A stretch of 64,000 nt of DNA from positions 60,512,001 through 60,576,000 of the forward strand of contig OX597822.1 in the NCBI GenBank assembly GCA_951406725.2. The letters run 5' to 3'. This stretch comes from Octopus vulgaris (lineage: Eukaryota). Both the position numbers and the translations under genes were made by a program. Below are positions 41,640 to 56,020 of this stretch, in pieces (position 1 is the first letter of the stretch; every line of letters begins with the position of its first letter). Below the pieces are notes generated by a model. The model was not told the DNA's origin and did no database searches. It worked only from the letters and a program-made list of their open reading frames with translations.

Positions 41640-43620
41640 CGAGTTTTCTAAGCTTTGGTCTTTTGAAGCGGATACTGCCTCTCACTCGCAGATGGCTTAG
41701 GCAAACGTCCTCCTCAGTCAATCCTCTTCCAGTATAAAAGTATATGCTCAGAGCAAGCCCATTCACTCGAACCATGCCCATCACTACCATCCACCTCTCT
41801 AATGAAATTTGCTGGAAGGCAGCACTTCCCTTTCCACCATCAGCTTTCTTTTCATGTGAAACCTGAAGCAGTTGATAAGAGCTTGGCCAAAAAAGAAACT
41901 GCGTCTTCAGTTCTTTCAATCTCGTCCACAATATAACCCCTTTACCATGGGTCAAAGGTAGGCAGTGAAGCAGTCTTCACAATGGACTCAGTTAATAGCG
42001 AGATCTGTTCTATACGTGACAGAAGTTGTTCGGCGTAAACCCATAAGTCGGCAATGGCTCGAGCATTGGACGAGTGCCTGCAGAACGGCTTCATCGTTCT
42101 CCATGCATCTAGGATAGGACCGGCTACCACTAGTACTGTGGTGACTCTAGAGATTATCTAGAACTGGCGATGCCCCCTCTCCACCCCAGTAGCACTACAT
42201 GACCGAGAATTTTGAAAATCATCTATAAGTCCTTGGTCGAGAGTCCTCTGGAAAAGACCATCCAATTCATATTCGTCAACACCCAGAACTCTAACAAATG
42301 GCGACCACACTCTCTCACCATCACGTCTGGGCATCATTAGCTACGGCGTGCCCAGTCCTTCACTCAACAGATGTTGACAGCAAATTTAGCGTCTGTCGAA
42401 TGTAATGCGTCTCTTCCACAAAAAGCGCAGACGCTCCTGTCTGTTCAGATGTGAAATGAGGCAAGGCTCGACGATCAGGTAGTAATAGATGATAGACATA
42501 ATGTAGATGTTCGCCCCTCGTACCGAATGGGAGGGAGAGGCACCGTTGAAGGACTGACCTACAGGTGGCCATTTATTCTGACCACAGAACAAACGTCGCT
42601 ATACATTCCAGCAATCCAGCTTCTAAAGATAGGCCCAAGTGTAGCCGCCTTCAGTACACCCGCAAAGTATTAATAACATTCGACCCTGTCGAAAGCTTTC
42701 GACAGATCTAAATTGATTAGGGTCTCACCAATACCAAGCTTTTTACACAGCCGTTTTATAATATACCACGTGAGGTGAGGTTGTCGTGGCTATATATGTT
42801 TGGTTTGGCACGTATCTGTGCTTCACCTACCAGAGTATTGATGACAAGCGCTAACCACTTAGCTGAAACCTTTGTCCAAAATATTCAACACTGCATAGTT
42901 ATGAGCCTGAAGTTGTTAAAAATCATTCCCCTTGTTCGGATCCTTTTTCAGCATCATCACCATACCACATTTTTGCAGGACTGGGAATTCTTCCGTTCCA
43001 CTGCTAGTTGGAGTAGACATCTATCAAGAGGTCCCCGAAAAATTCTGGCATATGAGTTGTAGGGCAGACCATCCAGCCCTGTGAATTCTCCCTCATTTGG
43101 CTGCCCACCGCCTCTGTATTTCGTTAGCCATTATCAGCCATTTGTAGAACGCGGCATACCCAGGCAAGAACTGTGACAAATCTTCGAAGTAGGCGGTAAA
43201 ACCCATCTCCGTTTTCAGTCCACTACCCACTTTTTAGCGAAGCGCCGCTAATAAACATTGATATCTGCTTGGAATCGAATGGCATGTACCATTCATGATC
43301 CACCAAGGACTGAATTGTGGTTTTATTGCCACGTCGTGCCCCTGCCACCCGGATCCATCGAACAGTTTTCGTTTTTTCATGCTTTAGCACGCACATTCTA
43401 AGTTTGACAACGCAACCTTCGTACTTAGTATCTAAGAATCCACCAAGGGCCAAACTTGCTGCTAGCATGTCAGTTGCGATGCATTTTCCAAGTACTTTTA
43501 CGTTACTAATTAGCTCTCCTTCTACTCTAGAATATCTATCACTATTTTCTTACTCAAGCAAATCAATTTTAATCTAATGACTTATCCAGGGCTAACCACC
43601 ATCGGCTGCTGACGATTGCC
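41640..43620 (-). mobile_element. L1/Tx1-clade LINE ORF2 remnant
   Basis: Frameshifted RT motifs GLDGLPY, LINLDLSKAFDRV and SVLQRC (QG motif position). Confidence 0.75.
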
Positions 43621-43716
43621 CTATCAACTCCCTCTTAACTAAATCTCTGAAAAACACGTTTATATATGCGTGTGCTTGTGTGTGTGCGCGTGTGTGTGTA
43701 TTGTTCCCTCCTATTT

Positions 43717-43822
43717 ATCACCTGAAGAGACACATCTGCACCGTCGGATGCTCCTGAACTAGCTGTTAAGTATCCCACCCGTGAGGAATCGATGCTAGAT
43801 GTGTCGAAACAATTGTAGTGAT
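43717..43822 (+). ncRNA. Type I hammerhead ribozyme (Penelope/retrozyme type)
   Basis: Stem I atcac/gtgat; core CTGAAGA 43722-43728; stem II gacacatct/agatgtgtc enclosing about 59 nt; GAAA 43806-43809; palindromic stem III acaattgt; predicted GUA cleavage after 43817; AATAAA immediately downstream. Confidence 0.75.
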
Positions 43823-43920
43823 TAATAAAAATTCTCGTATCTTCCATCTTCCGTCTTTCATTTACCATATACATAACGAACACTGTGAAAGTGACCAGGT
43901 ATAAACCATTCGTTTTATTA

Positions 43921-43963
<43 letters not shown>

Positions 43964-44157
43964 CATATGCATGTATATATATGTATGTATATGTATATAT
44001 ATATATACATTCATACATATATATTTATATATAGATATATATACATACATATGCATGTATATATATATATGTATGTATATATATATATATATATATATAT
44101 GTATGAATTCATACATATATATTTATATATAGATATATATACATACATACACGCACT

Positions 44158-44200
<43 letters not shown>

Positions 44201-44902
44201 GATTAAATTATTAACAATATACATATGTATATAATTATATTAAGGGAGCAAGGGCGAAAATGACCTAACTTCAACATGCTTGAAATACCGAGATATTAAT
44301 TTAATGTATAAATTACCTATAAATTTTTATAGTATGCTGACTACCTGATAAAAATCTTTAACGTAATTTTTATCCTTACAATCTATATATATTTTTAAAT
44401 ATGTGTATGTAAGTATGTAAGTATGTATGTATGTATGTATGTATGTATGTATGTATGTATGTATGTATGTGTGTGCGTGTGTGTATGTAAGTCAAGAAGA
44501 GAAAATAATTAACAGATAATCGATAGCCACAATTTTTTTAATCAACTCCCTCTTAACTAAATCTCTGAAAAACACGTTTATATATGCGTGTGCATGTGTG
44601 TGCGCGTGTATGTGTATTGTTCCCTCTTATTTATCACCTGAAGAGACACATCTGCACTTCTTAATACGCGATTGCCAATGCTGGTTTCTTAACCTCTTGT
44701 ATATCGACTTAGATTGCCACACAAAAGTTAATCGGATGAAATCTACAAAATATATGCGGAGATGTCACAATTCAGTTAGTTCAATCATACACCAATGCTT
44801 AGATTTTTGTTGAAATACATCTTAATTAAAATTTCAAGGTTGTCATGTGTCTTTTTTGGCTAAAATTAATCATGAAGTTAAAGAAACTTTCTCGTCATAT
44901 AT

Positions 44903-45053
44903 GCGCAGGTTGTATGGTAAGAAGTTTGCTTCACAACCACATAGTTCTGGGTTCAGTCCTACTTCGTGACACCTTGGGTAACTGTCTTTTACTTTAGCCC
45001 CAGCCCGTCCAAAGCTTTGAGGGAGAATTTGGTAGTCAGAAACTAAAAGAAGC

Positions 45054-45103
<50 letters not shown>

Positions 45104-45350
45104 CTTTGTGTTTGTGTGTGTGCCTTTGTGTTTGTGTTTATATTGTATTTTACCACCAGCACTGCTTGATAACCGATGTTGGCTTGTTTATGTCCTCGTG
45201 ACTTAGCAGTTCATCGAAAGAGCTCGATAGAAATATGTACCGGACTTAGAAAAAAAAGTTCTGGAAGGGGTCGATTTCTTCCACTAAAACCATTCAAAGC
45301 TGTGCACCAGCATGGCCACAGTCCAATGACTGAAACAAGTAACGGATAAA
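44903..45350 (+). mobile_element. SINE family A, diverged
   Basis: Head, body and tail recognisable. Confidence 0.7.
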
Positions 45351-45937
45351 AGATCTCACGTTTGATTTTAATTAATTATCTTGGATAGGCATACTAGTTG
45401 TATTAACCCCGACCGTACCATAAGAATATTAATGTTGGACACGAGAGAAAATCGAAACAATCTTTCATTAAAAAGGTTTTATCTTTCATGATGTTACACA
45501 GGCAATCAAACCAAGTTTATCAGCCTCTACAGGGAAATTAAAATGGCAAGAAGAAGTGTATAAACACGTCGATAGATGGCTGGATTAATGGAATCGACCA
45601 ATGGATGGATGGAAGAGTGTGTGTGCATGAACACAAAGAATTTAATTTGACAGCTCCAGTCGACCTGTTAATTACAATAATACAAACAGAAACTGCGTAT
45701 AAATATTAACCTTGTTCGTGCGGTACTGTCTTGGTGTGTCTAAAACGAGAAGGGCGATAGAAAGAAAAGCGTTTGCACACACACGCGCGCGCGCACGCAC
45801 ACACATACACACACACACTCATATATACATTCACACACGTGTATGTAATCACACACAAACATATACATTCACATACATATACATTCGCACAAACGAATAA
45901 AGGTACGAGTACATATGGCTAACTACCTAGTTAGGTT

Positions 45938-46009
<72 letters not shown>

Positions 46010-46070
46010 TAGACAAACAGACAAATAGACAGACGGACGGACAGACGGACGGACAGACGGACAGACGGGC

Positions 46071-46178
<108 letters not shown>

Positions 46179-46436
46179 CTAGATGAAAGATTTATTCGTA
46201 TCAAATTTGTTGTTTAAAACAGTCACGTTTCGTACTGATGTGTTTGCACTGATGTGTTTGTTTGTTTGTTTTTGAGAATAGAAAAAAAAACGATGTTTTG
46301 GTTTTTCTAATAATTGGCTTTTCTCCTTATTACAATGATGGACTTAGTTGAGCGTTGTGAAAACATTGGCTTCAGATCTGTTTGAATAAGGTGAATTAGC
46401 TTTCAGTCAGTTCGTGTCAACTACCAACATCCTTAG

Positions 46437-46552
46437 CTCTCTCTCACTCTCTCTCTCTCTCTTTCTCTCTCTCCCTTTCTCTCTCTCTCTCGCTCTAACT
46501 CTCTCTCTCTTTCTCTCTGTCTCACTCTCTCTCTTTCTCTCTCTCCCTTTTC

Positions 46553-46584
<32 letters not shown>

Positions 46585-46940
46585 CTCTCTCTCTTTCTCT
46601 CTCTCTCAGTCTCTCTCTTTGTTTCTCCTTTTATTTTTCTTCGTCTCTGCTTTTGTCTCTCTCTCTTTCTCTCTCTCTCGGTTTCTCTCTCTCTGTCTCT
46701 CTCTCTCTCTCTCTGTTTATCTCTACTTTTATCTTTCTTTGTCTCTGCCTTTGTCTCTCTCTTTCTCTACTCATCTGTCTCTATCTCTCTTTGTCTCCCT
46801 TTGTCTCTCTATATCTCTCTCTTTGTCTCTGCCTCTCTATCTCTCCTTATATCAATTGTTCTCTCTCGCTCTGTCTCTCTCTCTCTCTGTTTCTGTCTCA
46901 GTCTCTCTCTGTCTCTGTCTCTCTCCCTTTCTCTCTTCTT
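46437..46940. repeat. (CT)n-rich polypyrimidine tract
   Basis: Direct inspection. Confidence 0.95.
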
Positions 46941-47299
46941 CAATAACGTTATTCATGCCTTTTATAATAAACAGTTAGGTTGTTGTCTTTTGTTACCATT
47001 GTTCTTGTTCGTACGATAGTTCTCTTACCTTGGTTTCGACCGCAAACTGGCTTTTATATACAGTTTTAAATCTATCAATTAACTTACTTAGGTGAAGATT
47101 TTTCTTTTCTTTTCTTATGCTAATCAAACGACAAGACTCGGCGCTCATAATATTTACAAGACCTCCCAGGCAGGCGAGGTTGATATGATTGATGTTCAGT
47201 TTGAAATTCTGTTGGAGAAAAGAAATTGTTGCTGAAGGGTTGAAAAGAATAGCAGTTTGGGAGAAATGTGGAAATTAAGAAAATATTGGTTTCAAAAAT

Positions 47300-48080
47300 T
47301 AGCACGAGGCCAGCAAGTTCAGGAGAGTAGTAAGTCGATTATATCGACCTCAGTGCTCAACTAGTACTTTTTTATCGACCCGAAAGGATGAAAAGCAAAG
47401 TGGGCCTCGGTGGATTTGAACTCAGGACGTAAACACAGATGAAATGCCGCAAAGCATTTTGCCCGGCATGCTAACGATTCTGCCAGCTCGGCACCTTTCA
47501 GAGAATTGAGTGTAGAATCTGTGAAGTGAAACTTTGGTGAGCTTGAATGGAAGTGCTGTTCAGTTTGTACAGAGAGTAGATATCGTTGCAGTTGCGACAG
47601 AAGTAAGGAGATGAAACTGGACATCTGTGAGCTAAGAGTTGTAGTGGGTTGAATGTCAGTCAATCCATTAATTGGCTCTCTCTGCGATGTGGTTTGCGGG
47701 TAACAGTGCCATCTCAGATATGTCTGCAGGAAGCTAATGCGTATTTAATTTTGTAGAGGCTTTGTGGGCGAATAGGACCAAAGTATTTCTTGGTCTTAAA
47801 ACGGAAGTATAATCTTTGTGTTGCAGTTTAAGAAATGCTATCTATATATCTTTAGAAACGCATAAGTGTCACAACCTCTTATGATATTGAAGAAAGTAGT
47901 GTGCTAGCAGAGTCTTTAGCACATCGAACCAGTTCTTCCAGTACTTTACGTTATGAGTTCAAATCCCACCGAAGTCAACTTTGTCCTTCATCCATTCGAG
48001 GACGACATAATTAAGTACCAGTCATGTGCTGGGGTCGATGTAATTGACTTGTCCTTTCCCCTAAAAGTTGTTGGTTTATA
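47300..48080. mobile_element. Two divergently oriented family B SINEs (- 47300-47495, + 47900-48080)
   Basis: Family B core on each strand. Confidence 0.7.
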
Positions 48081-48199
48081 ACCTTGCAAAGGACCAGTGC
48101 TCCCTTCGGGCAAATGTAATCTCAGTAATTTATAAGCCATGGCGGAGATGCGTGGCTTAGTGGTTAGGATGTTGGACTCATGGTCGTCCCTTACTCCTT

Positions 48200-48740
48200 T
48201 CTTACCATTTCCAACTTACCTCTTCTCCCTACCATCGTTCGACAATTCCGATTCCCCCCCAGTTCGACCTCGTCATTTTCTAACGCGTCTGTAACTCATT
48301 CCTCTCTTCCTTTAAGCGTGTCCACAAACTGCATGACGTAGTAATCTGCAGCATCTACCTATACTGCGCTACCAACCCAACTTTCCCTCTGCCTGGCCCC
48401 CGTTACCACACGCTTTCCTCGCCAACAACACTACACCTTTTGGTTTAAATACTTACTCATACCTGTGCTTTTAAGACCCCTACACATTCTTTGTTATGTG
48501 ATAGGTCTACACAGGAAAATTGCAGGAATTTAGTCGACAGATTCACCGAGCATTTTTGAGACATCCGATTCGGTAATGTATTAATTATTGCTCGTTATTT
48601 TAGCGCACCATTCCACAGAACGCCTCTTTGTTTTAGTCTTATATTGCGGATCTCCAACTTTGCGCCTGAGAAAAGAGAACAGAACTTAAAATCCTTCTTG
48701 GAACTTTACAACCATGTGGATTGAACTCCCGACTTCTTTT
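48200..48740 (+). mobile_element. Penelope-like (Neptune-type) element remnant: linker plus GIY-YIG
   Basis: Decayed motifs SFKRVHKLHD, DRFTEH..DIR and GTLQPCGLN. Confidence 0.65.
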
Positions 48741-49619
48741 ACAATTCTTTTGCCATGTTTTCAAATATTCACACATTATGCTATTTCATTTCAACATGCA
48801 TGCACCCTCAGTTACACACACGTCTAAAATTAACACAAACAAACAAACATACGCATGCATTCGCATGTTATTTTCTAACGCGCGCACACAGTACATAAAC
48901 ACCAGTACAGTAAAACAAAATACAGGTTTATCACTGACACAAGCACATACGCTTCTGAAAACGCGTTCACACACACGACCACACAAAACAACGGCCATGT
49001 ATAACATTCACATACACATACATACGCATCTGTTATTGACGCAAGCATACGCACATGTTAAATACATACGGCAAACCCATACGCACAAACACACAAACAC
49101 GCAGACACCTGCTATTTTCTGTGACACACTATACATAAAGCATGACACCTCAACAAACACAAATGCGTATCTACTATTGACACAAGTACACTGTCACATG
49201 CCAAATACACACGCACGCACGTACATACATACATACATACATACATACATACATACATACATACATACATACATACATACATACATACATACATACATAC
49301 ATACAAACATACATACATACATACATAAATTATATGTACACATACACAAATTAAAAACACAAACTTTTGAAAACAATAGATACGCTTATAACAGATGGCA
49401 CTTACAGTCAAAATTCTCACTCCATATATTGCTAGAAATAACTGTTAAACCCTTAGAACAGCAAGGAAGAACATGGGGGTTTTCTCCCCAGTCAATATTT
49501 GAAATTTTGCTTCCTTGCAGTTCTAACGGTTTAAACTATTATTTCCAGCAATATAGGTGCTACCTAACACCCTCAGTCACAGTTAGTGGCGATTGAACTT
49601 TTCCATTTTGGTTTTATAT

Positions 49620-51228
49620 TGCATATGTTTTGTAATGTTCACTCGTTGTCGAGTGAAGTCGTTCTGCCACGTAGTGCGTCTTTGCTTTGCAGGGCTTCTC
49701 CCCTGTTCGTCGATTTTTGCGATGTATGAAACGAAGGTGCTTCCGTGAAATTCTGTTTTCTACTGCGGAAAACGGCAGCCGAAATAGTTGTCAAGCTTCA
49801 AACAGCTTACAAGGACGCTGCCATGGGCAAGACGAAAACTTACGAGTGGCTTCCACGCTTTAGGAATGGTCACGCGTCTCTTGAAGACCAACCTCGTTCA
49901 GGACGACCGTCGACCTCCTGAACGAATGAAAACACCATGAAAATTCATGAACTGATCTTGGAGAACAATTGACGAACTTTTTGCTATGACTGGTGTGTCC
50001 TGGAGCACCTGCCAACGAATTTTGAGCGAGGAATTGGGAATGAAAAGAGTTGCAGCAAAATATGAGCCTTGCTTGCTCATGGAAGATCAAAAGCAGTCAT
50101 GACTGAATGCGTATCGTGAACTGAAAGAACTGTTGGCAGTTGATCCAGACCTTTTTTCGAAGGTCATCACTGGTGATGAAAGCCTTGTGCTACGGCTATG
50201 ACCCGGAAACGAAGCAGCAGTCAAGTCAATGGAAGAATTCAATATCACCACGTCCCACAAAAGCGTGTCAAGTGAGGTCCAATGTCAAGACGATGCTGAT
50301 TTGTTTCATCGATGCGAAAGGAATTGTCCACACAGAATTTGTTCCTCCTGGTCAAACTGTTAACGAAGTATTTTATTTGGAAGTTCTGAAGCGCTTGCGA
50401 GACTCGGTGAGACGAGAACGACCCAGTTTGTGACAAAGTGGAGAGTGGTGGTTTCATCACGACAAAGCGCCTGCGCACACCGCCTTGAGTGTGAGAGATT
50501 TTGACGAAAAACGACATGATCCCGCTTACCCAGCCTCCCTATTCACCCGATCTTGCGACATCTTTTACTCCACGGAATGAAAAAAGTCCTTAAAGGAAAA
50601 CGTTTTGGAGATGTGGAAAAGGTGAAGAAAAAATAACGGAGGAGTTAAAAGGCATCATTTCGCAAGAGTTCCAGGCTTGCTTCGAACAGTGGAAAACGCG
50701 TCTGCACCGATGCATTGTTTCAAATGGAGAATACTTTGAAGGCGATAAAAGTGTAAACGGAGTGGCTGTGTGTTAAGTAGCTTGTTTACTAACCACATGG
50801 TTCCGGGTTCAGTCCCACTGCGTGGCACCCTGGGCAAGTGTCTTCAACTATAGCCTCGGGCCGACCAAAGCCTTGTGAGTGGATTTGGTAGACGGAAACT
50901 GAAAGAAGCCCGTCGTATATATGTATATATGTATATATGCGTGTGTGTTTGTGTGTCTGTATTTGTCCCCCTAGCATTGCTTGACAACCGATGCTGGTGT
51001 GTTTATGTCCCCGTTACTTAGCGGTTCGGCAAAAGAGACCGATAGAATAAGTACTGGGCTTACAAAAGAATAAGTCCCGGGGTCGAGTTGCTCGATTAAA
51101 GGCGGTGCTCCAGCATGGCCGCAGTCCAATGACTGAAACAAATAAAAGAGTAAAAGAGTAAAGAGTATGTAAAAGTAAGTAAATAAAATAATACTGCAAA
51201 GTTTCGGTTCCTTTTGGGTATCCCTTCG
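49620..51228 (+). mobile_element. Mariner (irritans-like) pseudogene interrupted by a family A SINE (50758-51165)
   Basis: KFCFLLRKTAAE, PRSGRPST, ITGDES, YDPETKQQSSQW, HHDKAPAH, PPYSPDLA and NGEYFEGD. A right TIR-like end gggtatcccttcg|ta is present; the left TIR was not found. Confidence 0.9.
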
Positions 51229-51289
51229 TACATGTAACACCTGCTAAATGTGTTGAGTGCCCTTTTTCTTTCGCTTGTCCTCTCATTCG

Positions 51290-51325
<36 letters not shown>

Positions 51326-51382
51326 TGTGTGTCTGTGTGTCTGTGTCTGTGTGTGTGTGCGTGTGTGTGTGCATATGTATGC

Positions 51383-51431
<49 letters not shown>

Positions 51432-51434
<3 letters not shown>

Positions 51435-53567
51435 TGATACCTTGCAGTACGAGTTTAATTCGATCCACGACCGAGCTCGTTTTACGATTTACTCATTTTA
51501 CAAATGAATTTTTCCCATTGAAATTAATTAAAATATAATTAATCCGTTCTAGCCCCACAAAACCACACGAAAATTATTTTCTATGGGTTTTAAAACAGAT
51601 AAGGCGTAGTTACAAGTAAAATGACAATTATAAAAAAGAGAATGCATAAGAAATATTTAAACTGTTTTATCAATTAAATTACCTCAAAGATGGAACGATT
51701 TTATGTGCAAGGAAGAGGATTACTGTCTGGAAGGAGGATCTCTTTCCATTAAGGCTTCATGAAGAAAAATTTCTAGCGTTTTCTCTCTCACTTCGGTTTT
51801 TTGGACACACACTCTTCACTTTTTACACTTGCCAGTCGTTTCATTAGAAACATATCAAGAGAAGTCTGCCTTTTTCCTGCCGTTTCAAAATGTTACGAAA
51901 ATGGGCCAGAGTAATATCATTAAATAAAGTAGCTGCACGACCTGTAGCTACTTATTCAGGATGATATTTTTCTACAAATTCGGAAACATACTGCGACTTA
52001 GCCAACATTGCTTTTATATCACTCGCAGAGATAGCATTCTCCACTACACTGTCTTCGGCTACACAGCCAGGCCATATCGATGATTTTCATGCAATTTACA
52101 ATGTTGTAGTGCTCCTCTCAAAACTCACGAAGTATTAGATTTGTATTTTTGGTGACTTCAAAGCACTGACGAAAGAGGTGTTTCTTAAAATTAGAAATCA
52201 CCTGATGGTCCATAGGCTGCAAGATATGGGTGGTGTTGCGTGAAAGGGCATAACTTTTATAAATCTAAATTCATCCAGGATATCATCCTCGAGGTTAGGA
52301 GGGTGAGTAGGTGCATAGTCGAGAATGAGGAGTGTCTTGAGAGGAAGGTTGTTCTCCGAAAGATACTTTTTCACTGCTGGTCCGAAGACAAAGTTGGCCT
52401 ACTCTGAGAAGAATTGCCTACTGACCCAGGCTTTAACGTTTGTCCTCCGTATGACCTGCAGCTTCTCCTTCAGGATTTTTTACGACTTGAACGCTCGTGA
52501 GTTTTCGGAATGGCAGACAGGTAGCAGCTTATTCTTGAAGTCTCCACTCACATTGGCACATAGGGCGAGAATTAGCCTATCTTTCATAGTTTTGTGGCCT
52601 GGCATTTTCTTCTCTGAAATTATGTAGGTTCTGGGTATTTTTTTTCCAAAAAATGCCAGTTTCTTCAAAGTTGAATATCTGCTTTGCGAATACCTGTTAA
52701 ATACCTGTTGTTTCATCACAGTTGAATACCTGCTCCCTTGGCTGCGATGAGCTGACGGAATTTACGCATGAAATCCTCAGCTGCTTCGTTGTCAGAATTC
52801 CCTGCTTCTCCATATCTAACGACGCTATGAACACCAGTCTTCTTCTTGAAGTTATCAAACCAGCCGTGACTGGCCTTAAATGCGTCTGCTGATGTCTCCG
52901 CTGTCGATGTTCCAGGGTCCTGCTTCAGGAGATTCCGATACAGTGCTCGAGCTTTCTCGCAGATGATGGTCTCTGTTATCGTATCCCCTGCGAGTTGCTT
53001 CTCATTGATCCACAGGAGAAGCAATTCTTCCATCTCTTCGTGGACAAACGTGCGTTGCTTAGAGAGCTTGGAGACACCCTTTGCTGTTGTAACGGCCTTG
53101 ATCTCGTCCTTTTTCTTCAGGATGGCGCAGATCGTCGTCGTGCCTCAGTCGTATTGACATGTTATGTCCACTACACGCACTCCTCTCTCATGTTTATCAA
53201 TGATTTCCTTCTTCAATTCTATCGTAATCAGCTTTTTCTTTTTCTCAGCACTGTCCTTTGCACTAACATTCTTAGGACCCATGGCTAGCAGAATTAATTA
53301 TTATAAAATAATAGCCCAAAAGCATAAAACTAAACAAAAACACAACAGAGATGCTGTCACAACGAGGTAAACAGGTGAACTGAGCGAGCAGATTTTGCGC
53401 TTGTCGGGAGAGCGTGTGCAACCTGAGCGCCGATTAGCAGTCGCTTGTATGAAACTCGCTCGTACTGCGGATTTTCGCTCGTACTTCAAGACAAAAATTC
53501 GCACGAGCCTCAGCTCATACAGCAAATTACTTGTACAATGGTGCACTCGAACTGCTAGGTTCTACTG
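51432..53567 (-). mobile_element. Tigger/pogo DNA transposon with both TIRs, pseudogenised
   Basis: TIRs cagtgataccttgcagtacgagt / cagtagaacctagcagttcgagt with TA flanks. ATG at 53282 (MGPKNVS..ITIELKKEII), then LLLWINEKQLAGD, FKASHGWFDNFKK and MPGHKTMKDRL (CENP-B HTH and DDE_1). Confidence 0.92.
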
Positions 53568-54688
53568 TATATATGTATTTGTGTGTGTATGCATATATAT
53601 GTATATATGTATATATATACACACATATGTATACACACATATGTATACACGCATGTATGTATGTATGTATGTATGTATGTATGTATGTATGTATGTATGT
53701 ATGTGTGAGAGTGTGTGTGCGTGCGTGCGTGCTTGTTTTTCCCATTCAGTTATAATTAAAACAATTTTACATTAATCTGATTGGTTACTCAATACTTTTG
53801 TTGAGTTCAAATTTATTATTGTTCTTAAAATATTATTGACAGTGGCTTCGAAGTTTCGGCCAGTTAAGCCACCATATATATGTGTGGGGGTGGCGGAGGA
53901 GAGATGAAAGGAACTGTTCTTATTTTACAAGTGACTTATTCAGAAACCGTGTGTTGTGAAACAATTACATCATCGAACTGCTATTTTAAGCATTTCAAAT
54001 CACTCCTTTACTGTTATATACAACTTCAATGTATTTCTACATAGCACTGTCTATTATTAAAGGTCAAAAACGTTTTTGTTCTTCGTACACCTGGATCCCA
54101 CTCGGATCGTTGATAAAAGAATTGCAAAGGAATTTTGTGCCAGTGGCTCGGTGGTAGGAGTGCGACGAAACCTTTTCGAACGTCATAATAGAACATTAAT
54201 AAATAAACGAACTGTGGACGGTGCATTTAAAAGTTTTCTTGTGTAAATGATTAAAATGACACCCGCGATGGGATCGTTATACATAGCGGCGACCGTAGCA
54301 TTGTTGCTGGAGGCGCCGGTTCGGGTTGTGTTAGGAGTGACTGCGATTTTCGACCTTCTGTCATGGACGAAGCTTAGAGTAAGACATGATTTCAACACTG
54401 AGAGTTCATGATTTTATGTGATCTTTAATTCGTATAAGCATCATATAAGCACTGTCACTACCAGACACTGCACCACCGTTATCACCATTACCAGCGTCAT
54501 CATCATCATCTTCAACATCATCATTGCTTTCGTCGTCTTCGTCGTCTTCGTCGTCGCCGTCGTCGTCGTCGTCATCATTATCATCATCATCATCATCAAT
54601 ATCATCATAAGCAACATCATCGACTTCATTTCCATTCTCATTCTCGTCACAATCCTCATGAACCTGGAATAAATTTTATATTTGCCAG

Positions 54689-54793
54689 TATTGAAAATGA
54701 CCAACTCCACGAGCAAGGAATCTTTATTGAAGCAACATCTCCAGTCATTCCAACAGATACCAACGAACAACATTTATACAAGAAAACCTCAAG
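54689..54793 (+). CDS. Candidate upstream exon of the FAM216-like gene
   Basis: Acceptor ttttatatttgccag| and donor caag|gtgaga, 105 nt. The frame with ATG 54697 (MTNSTSKESLLKQHLQSFQQIPTNNIYTRKPQ) exits in phase 1, compatible with 57760. A second frame is also open, so the reading frame is uncertain. Confidence 0.45.
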
Positions 54794-55299
54794 GTGAGAA
54801 ACAACCACGACCCTAATATATCTTCTACTACCAAAAGTTTTTTTTTTGTGCCGTTTAATCAAGAAGTGTAGTACCATAACTCTTCTCTAACTGTTTATTT
54901 TTTCAGGGCTCCAAGACAGGTAGACGAAAGGGAGGTAAATATACTCAAACTAAAGACCAGGCTCGATGGCTAACAACTGAGTGAACTCCTCTAGAAACGC
55001 TCAGATACAAGACGTGTAATTACGTCTATCTTTCCCCTTCGAGAACTGAGATCACAAACAAACAGAACGAATATCAGAAGGCATCTCGTCTGATACTCTA
55101 ATAATTCCATCAGTTCATCGCCCCCGGACAGGTACTTTATTTTATCGACTCCGAAAGGGCAAATAACCAAGTTGATCTCAGCGGAATTTGAACTTGGAGC
55201 ACAGTAAGTCATCATAAATATGAAACATGTTGCTCTATACTATAACGACCAGATCAAGTAAAACATGTTTGAAACTTTCTGATCGATCATATAAATCTA

Positions 55300-55952
55300 C
55301 TAGCAGTATAACCCGGCCTTGCCCGGGATTAACTTACGATTATTAAGCTAATCAAGTTCTTTATTTCAAACCAAACTAAGTAATATTGACTCTCAACAAA
55401 ACACTTTTTTACTTGGCGTAAAATAAAAGCAAAACTCTTTCGCACCCAAAGTAATATGTGTGGGAGAGAGAGAGGGGGAGAAAGATGAACGACTTAAAAT
55501 AAATAAATGATTTAATAAATATATTGTAATTGTTGTGTGAGAAAGTATATATACTATGATTATAAAATATAGTGTCTTTCAAAAGCATCCTGAATTTGAA
55601 CACTATATCTCGTGCTTAAGAAAAAACAAAACATTTTAGATTTTATTTTTTATGAACGTCGTCACTTACTCGCTCTCTCTCCCTCTCTCACTTTGTCTTT
55701 CCCGTGAAACTCTCTGCCTCTTTCTTCCACTTTTCTTTATTCTATTTTTTTTTTGTTAGACGCCGTCAAAAAAGCTATGGCTGATATTTTTTATGGCTAA
55801 AAGCTATAGCTGAAAATAGATTTTTACGCTATCCGCGGGTGCCACGGGAAAACAATAAGTTGACAAAACCCAGATAGGATGTTGATGAATGTCCTCCTAA
55901 AATTTGAGCGACATGCGTGCTAATTTGTGGATATGCATAAATTACAATCGCA

Positions 55953-56000
<48 letters not shown>

Positions 56001-56020
56001 CATCATGCCTTTTATAGATA
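55300..56020 (-). mobile_element. Non-autonomous Helitron-like element, different family
   Basis: Minus strand begins A|TCTATAAAAGG followed by (TG)n. It ends with hairpin cccgg-gcaagg-ccggg then ttatactgCTAG|T. Confidence 0.7.

Noticed and set aside
54438-54688. His/Arg-rich open frame as a metal-binding or beak-type protein
   Set aside because: It has no start codon, arises from (CAT)/(CGT) trinucleotide repeats and lies upstream of a good splice acceptor, so it is most simply intronic or UTR.
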